Below, in pieces: positions 36,982-41,156 of a stretch of DNA of 41,156 nucleotides. The DNA is from a virus. Its lineage: Duplodnaviria; Caudoviricetes. The notes beneath the pieces were generated by a model that had not been told where the DNA came from, searched no databases, and was given only the letters and a program-made list of their open reading frames with translations. How positions within the stretch are numbered: the first letter of the stretch is position 1; every line of letters begins with the position of its first letter. Where the stretch lies: the IMG/VR virus record IMGVR_UViG_3300030330_005072, positions 1 through 41,156 of that record. The stretch is one strand, 5' to 3'. The position numbers were made by a program, and so were the translations under genes.

Positions 36982-38232
36982 ATGCAGGCAGATAGAACTT
37001 TAGTTGAAGGACAATACAGAGCAATAGCTTCTGAGGCTTTATTAGGTCAAGCTCAACATGAGGGTATAATGGGTATTATAAAAGCTATTGGTGATAATTT
37101 AGACTTTAAAAAAAGAAAGTCTGGAAACTACGATGACCAAATGCAGCAAGTCATAGATAACTATGGCTTACCATCACAATCCGAGCAACAAAATATAACA
37201 AACACTTTGGCTGGTCCAATGCAAGAAAGGTATATCAACGGTACTCCACAAGAGCAACAACAGATATTAAGACAACAAATGAACATGAGTGAACAAGAAA
37301 AAAAGTATCACGATATAATGAATGAGTTGGCTTTAAACTATAAGCATGGTGGGCTTAATAATAATTGGAAAACAACAGATACTGGCAGAACTATAATGGA
37401 AATGGCTGGTAAACCTAATTTAACTTTAGATCCGGTTAAGGGTGAAGACTTTGGTGTTAACATGCCTGACTTTGAGGTTATAAAAGTTGCTGAAGAACAA
37501 CTATTTAATATAGACAATGAAATAGACGCTTTAGAATCTATGTATGATCAAGGTGGTATATATGACGACGGCCAACAACTAGATGATCTATATAAACAAA
37601 GACAAAAACTACAAGAAACAATAAATGCAAAACCAGTTAAATGGTACTCAATGCAACAGTTTGAAGCCGTTGTTAAACAAGGCGAGTATGATAGAGGTAT
37701 AGCAACATCTTATCAAGATCTTTTAAAGTCTTACAAGATGAAAGCTAGTAATCAAAAAGGTGAAACTATTGATATTAATATGGATGAAGTTAATGATACA
37801 ATATGGTCTGGCATTATAAGTAAAGGTAAATATGATTCCATGGTGTATAATGAAATGATACCAGGTAGAATATTTTATAGAGACTTATATAATGCTATAT
37901 CAGGAAAAAATGTGGGTGGTAGAACGTACAAAGATTTTGGCGTAACTGACATACAATTGTCTAACGCTGATGTTAACGCGGATGATAAGATAGATATTAA
38001 CGAGGCAAAAAATTTAGCAACAGCTATTGTTAATAGCAAAGAAACAGACGGAAATGGATATACATTAGGTCAACGAGCATTACAAGATTACTTAGCTCAA
38101 GGTGTTAAAAATCAATTTAAAATAGGTGAAAAAAACACTAAGACTATTGATGGAGATAAAGGCAAAGATAAAGACGAAAAAGAAGACGACGAAAAAAAAT
38201 TAAGAAATATGTTCGCTGGAGGCGAAGAATAG
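36982..38232 (+). CDS. putative internal virion/ejection protein with EF-hand-like loop
   Basis: Helical Gln-rich ORF between the pilot-like and giant genes; DVNADDKIDINE. Confidence 0.6.
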   Translation: MQADRTLVEGQYRAIASEALLGQAQHEGIMGIIKAIGDNLDFKKRKSGNYDDQMQQVIDNYGLPSQSEQQNITNTLAGPMQERYINGTPQEQQQILRQQMNMSEQEKKYHDIMNELALNYKHGGLNNNWKTTDTGRTIMEMAGKPNLTLDPVKGEDFGVNMPDFEVIKVAEEQLFNIDNEIDALESMYDQGGIYDDGQQLDDLYKQRQKLQETINAKPVKWYSMQQFEAVVKQGEYDRGIATSYQDLLKSYKMKASNQKGETIDINMDEVNDTIWSGIISKGKYDSMVYNEMIPGRIFYRDLYNAISGKNVGGRTYKDFGVTDIQLSNADVNADDKIDINEAKNLATAIVNSKETDGNGYTLGQRALQDYLAQGVKNQFKIGEKNTKTIDGDKGKDKDEKEDDEKKLRNMFAGGEE

Positions 38233-38263
38233 TATTTTAATAACGGGTAACTAACGAAACAGT

Positions 38264-41156
38264 ATGGCAAAATTTAAGTATAACGTAAAGGGCTACGAAG
38301 ACCCTTGGGACGTTGATGAAAAAAAAGAAAAAGAATTTTTAGCTTGGGCTAAAAAGAATAAAAAAGAAATTGAAAAAATAGATCAATCGGGAAACCAACA
38401 GAGCTCTGCTGTAGATGCGACTGCAGGGCGAAACACTCAAGCATCGACCACAGAGGTAAATCAACCTCAAAAAAATCAAAAGAAAAAAAATACGGATTTG
38501 TCATTGGACAGTGGTTCTTTGGAATCACGAATAGCTAATGGTACAGCTACAGATGAAGAGAAAAAAGACTGGATTAACAATTACGTTGTTAACATGCTAG
38601 ATGAGCCACCTAAGTATAAAAGTAATGAAAAAATAAAATCTGAATTAGACGCTATACAAAAAAACTTTAAGACGTTAGAAAACGACTTAGTTAACAATGA
38701 CTACGAAGCTAAACTAGAGGACATAAATAATCAAATCAAAACTATAAATGAAGGGCAATACACAACTCAAGAAGAGCTAGATATTGCTAATGCTAATATA
38801 TTAAATCTTCAAGAATCATTTAAAAATACAGAAAAAGAATATACAGATAAAGTTAACTTATACAATACTCAAATAAATGATTATAACGCTTTATCTAAAA
38901 CATACAAAGAGGAAGGTGGTATACCGCTTGATGGTGGGTTTTTTGAAGATATTTATACATCAGCGCAACGGGGTTTGAAAACTGGTAACAGTGTAGACGA
39001 GGCTTTTGATGTTTATAAAAAAGGAGCTAATATATCAGATGAAGAACTACAGGCGTATATAGACGCTGCTTTAAAAATGGAAGCTCTTGGTCCTACGAAC
39101 GAACAAGTGTTATTTCAAAAAAGTCAAGAAGAGTACGGCGGAGGTATCTTTGGAACACTAAGAGCATTAGCTAAGAATCCAGGTTATTTTCCTCAAATGT
39201 TAACTACTTCTATAGCAACAATGGCTAGCTCATTTGCGTCTTCTGGAGACGTAGCTAAATACACTGCAGCAGGTGGATTAGTTGGTGCTCCAACTGGAGC
39301 TGCCATAGGAGCAGCCGCAACATCATGGGGTGGACCTTTAGCTGCTATAGGTGGAACTATTGGCGCTGGAACTGGTGCTGCTAGTGGCGCAATAACGGGT
39401 TTAGTTGGGGCTATGGAAACTGGTTTAACACTAACTGAGTTATTAAAAACAGAATTAGGAGAAAAAGACTTTAATAAAGAAAATATAAGAAAAATACTTG
39501 AAAATCCTCAAGCTATAGAAAGAATAAAATCAGGATCTCTAGCTAGAGGTTTAACTATAGGTGCAGTAGAAGGATTAACACTTGGATTATCAAGAGGAGT
39601 AGGAGGAGCATTATTGAAATCAGGTAGATCAGGATCTAGAATAGCCGCTACAACAACTGGTTTAGAAATGGCAGGAGGTTTTACTGGTGAAGTAGGTGGT
39701 CAATTAGCTGCAACTGGTAAAGTTGATTTAGGCGAAGCAACGTTAGAGGCTGTTGGTGAAGCCAAAGGAGTCGTTAATGTTTCTGATATTGTAGGTCAAG
39801 CTTTAAATAAAAGTACTTATGAAGTAAACGATGGTAAGATAACAAAATCAGAGTTAAGAAAAATAATTAACAGTCCTGAAACTAAAGCTGAAGAACTAGC
39901 TAAGATGAAAATAAACATTAAAGGTGATACAAACTTTAATGAATTTGTTAAGTCTAAACAAAATGATGCTATAATAGAAACGCAAATAGATGCTAAGGTA
40001 TCTGATCCAAGTGACAGAAAGCAACTAGTTGAATTAGAAAAACAAAGAGTTGCAGCAGAGGCTAATACAAAAAAGAAGGGAGCATTTGCAGTTCCTGGAG
40101 CTGAAAAGGCACTTGAAAGTATTGAGATGAAAATCAACGATATAGTTGGTGCGTACACAGCTGTTGATGGAAGAACAAAAGAAGTTAGAGCTCAAAAGAA
40201 AATAGCTGAAGAAACTAAAGCTAACGTTGCTGAAAAAGAGTTTCAAAGTAATTTAGATTTTGCTAAAAAACATAGTGCACTATATGGATTAGAAGTTGAT
40301 GATACCTTAAGTATAGATCAAATAAAAAAACAATTTGGAGATGAAGCTGCCTTATCAGACGGTTTTATTATTGATGATAAAATAATAATAAATAAAACAA
40401 TAGCTAAAGCAACTAGAGCTGTTAATGTGGGTAATCACGAGTTATTACACGGGGTTCTTAGAAAAGCAATGAAAGAAGGTAAGATTACTGAAAATCTTAT
40501 TAGTGATTTCAAGGATAAAGTAGGTGTAGACAACTGGAGTAAAATAGAAAACAGAATACAAGAGGCTGGCTATACCAATGAGTATATGAAAGCTAATCAA
40601 GATGAATATCTAACATTATTCTCAGATGCTATAGCTAATGGTGATATTAAGTTTAATGAAAATATATTTACTAAAATAGGTGATTTAATTAAACCGGTTC
40701 TTAGAAAATTTGGTTTTAATAAAATTGATTTTGAAACAGCAGATGGTGTATATAACTTTTTAAAAGAATATAATAAAAGTATACACAAAGGTGCTTTAAG
40801 TAGTGATATAATTAAAGCTACTGAAGGTAAAATAAAAACAGATGAAATAAAATTTTCTAAAGATGCTAAACCAGTTGTAGATGAGTTGGGTAAAATGGGT
40901 TGGACAGCTGAAACTTGGAAAAAACAAGGAGCTAATTTTGCTATAAAAGAAATGCAAGAGAACAAGACACTAGATAGATTAATTGCTAGTAAGTTAAAAG
41001 TTCCAATGAACACAGCTGATACGCAAGCATTTACTCAAAAGGTCTACGCTGAATTAACTCCACATGCTAAAAACTTTAATCCAGAAGTTAATGATAGTTT
41101 CTTTGGTTGGATTAATTCTCAGATAGCTAATAAAGCTGGTAATGTTTATAATAGGG
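38264..41156 (+). CDS. giant virion/ejection polyprotein (partial, >964 aa): glycine-rich helices, zincin HELLH domain, sigma2-like domain
   Basis: Manual translation from ATG 38264 (MAKFKYNVKG...), apparently open to the window end; absent from the track because there is no stop. HELLH at 40436-40450. Confidence 0.88.
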   Translation, partial: MAKFKYNVKGYEDPWDVDEKKEKEFLAWAKKNKKEIEKIDQSGNQQSSAVDATAGRNTQASTTEVNQPQKNQKKKNTDLSLDSGSLESRIANGTATDEEKKDWINNYVVNMLDEPPKYKSNEKIKSELDAIQKNFKTLENDLVNNDYEAKLEDINNQIKTINEGQYTTQEELDIANANILNLQESFKNTEKEYTDKVNLYNTQINDYNALSKTYKEEGGIPLDGGFFEDIYTSAQRGLKTGNSVDEAFDVYKKGANISDEELQAYIDAALKMEALGPTNEQVLFQKSQEEYGGGIFGTLRALAKNPGYFPQMLTTSIATMASSFASSGDVAKYTAAGGLVGAPTGAAIGAAATSWGGPLAAIGGTIGAGTGAASGAITGLVGAMETGLTLTELLKTELGEKDFNKENIRKILENPQAIERIKSGSLARGLTIGAVEGLTLGLSRGVGGALLKSGRSGSRIAATTTGLEMAGGFTGEVGGQLAATGKVDLGEATLEAVGEAKGVVNVSDIVGQALNKSTYEVNDGKITKSELRKIINSPETKAEELAKMKINIKGDTNFNEFVKSKQNDAIIETQIDAKVSDPSDRKQLVELEKQRVAAEANTKKKGAFAVPGAEKALESIEMKINDIVGAYTAVDGRTKEVRAQKKIAEETKANVAEKEFQSNLDFAKKHSALYGLEVDDTLSIDQIKKQFGDEAALSDGFIIDDKIIINKTIAKATRAVNVGNHELLHGVLRKAMKEGKITENLISDFKDKVGVDNWSKIENRIQEAGYTNEYMKANQDEYLTLFSDAIANGDIKFNENIFTKIGDLIKPVLRKFGFNKIDFETADGVYNFLKEYNKSIHKGALSSDIIKATEGKIKTDEIKFSKDAKPVVDELGKMGWTAETWKKQGANFAIKEMQENKTLDRLIASKLKVPMNTADTQAFTQKVYAELTPHAKNFNPEVNDSFFGWINSQIANKAGNVYNR
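38389..38445 (+). promoter_or_regulatory. putative -1 programmed ribosomal frameshift signal (G GGA AAC plus H-type pseudoknot)
   Basis: In-phase heptamer 38389-38395, 7-nt spacer, stem 1 38403-38409/38423-38429, stem 2 38414-38418/38441-38445. Confidence 0.7.

Noticed and set aside
2956-41013. Many minus-strand or alternate-frame ORFs in the track (e.g. 5692..5958, 17429..17890, 39817..40158, 40597..41013)
   Set aside because: They lie wholly within longer, motif-bearing + strand genes and have antisense-shadow composition (Ser/Phe/Leu/Ile-rich).
1-41156. CRISPR array, integrase/transposase, introns/inteins, stop-codon reassignment
   Set aside because: No regularly spaced repeat-spacer array or mobile-element genes seen. 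TerL, portal and MCP are uninterrupted, and genes tile densely under the standard code.

Overview
This is an AT-rich tailed-phage genome segment, most likely a marine Bacteroidota (Flavobacteriia) podovirus. It resembles the GroEL-encoding Cellulophaga phi38:1/phi40:1-type lineage and has a crAss-like structural gene order; this placement is inferred from gene content and from the A-rich, Shine-Dalgarno-less start contexts. Positions 1-1680 hold leftward small 'early' genes with three copies of a 42-nt promoter-like motif, a tRNA-like element and a structured RNA. A G-rich island at about 1715-1806 marks the strand switch. Positions 1889 to the end are a rightward morphogenesis region. It contains small basic proteins sharing an N-terminal MAFKMKG(F/W)SPF tag, a zincin peptidase, GroEL/GroES, a holin, a MAM-domain protein, a second GroES-like protein, TerS/TerL, portal, scaffold, major capsid protein, tail ring/nozzle proteins and putative ejection proteins. 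It ends in a giant virion polyprotein truncated by the window edge, which the ORF track missed. The most notable observations are: (1) a textbook -1 frameshift signal (G GGA AAC plus H-type pseudoknot) near the start of the giant protein gene; (2) a sigma70 domain-2-like module after a zincin domain and a KFS linker in that protein, possibly matched to the phage-specific early promoter repeats; (3) a shared N-terminal peptide tag on seven otherwise unrelated proteins, a candidate capsid-targeting signal.
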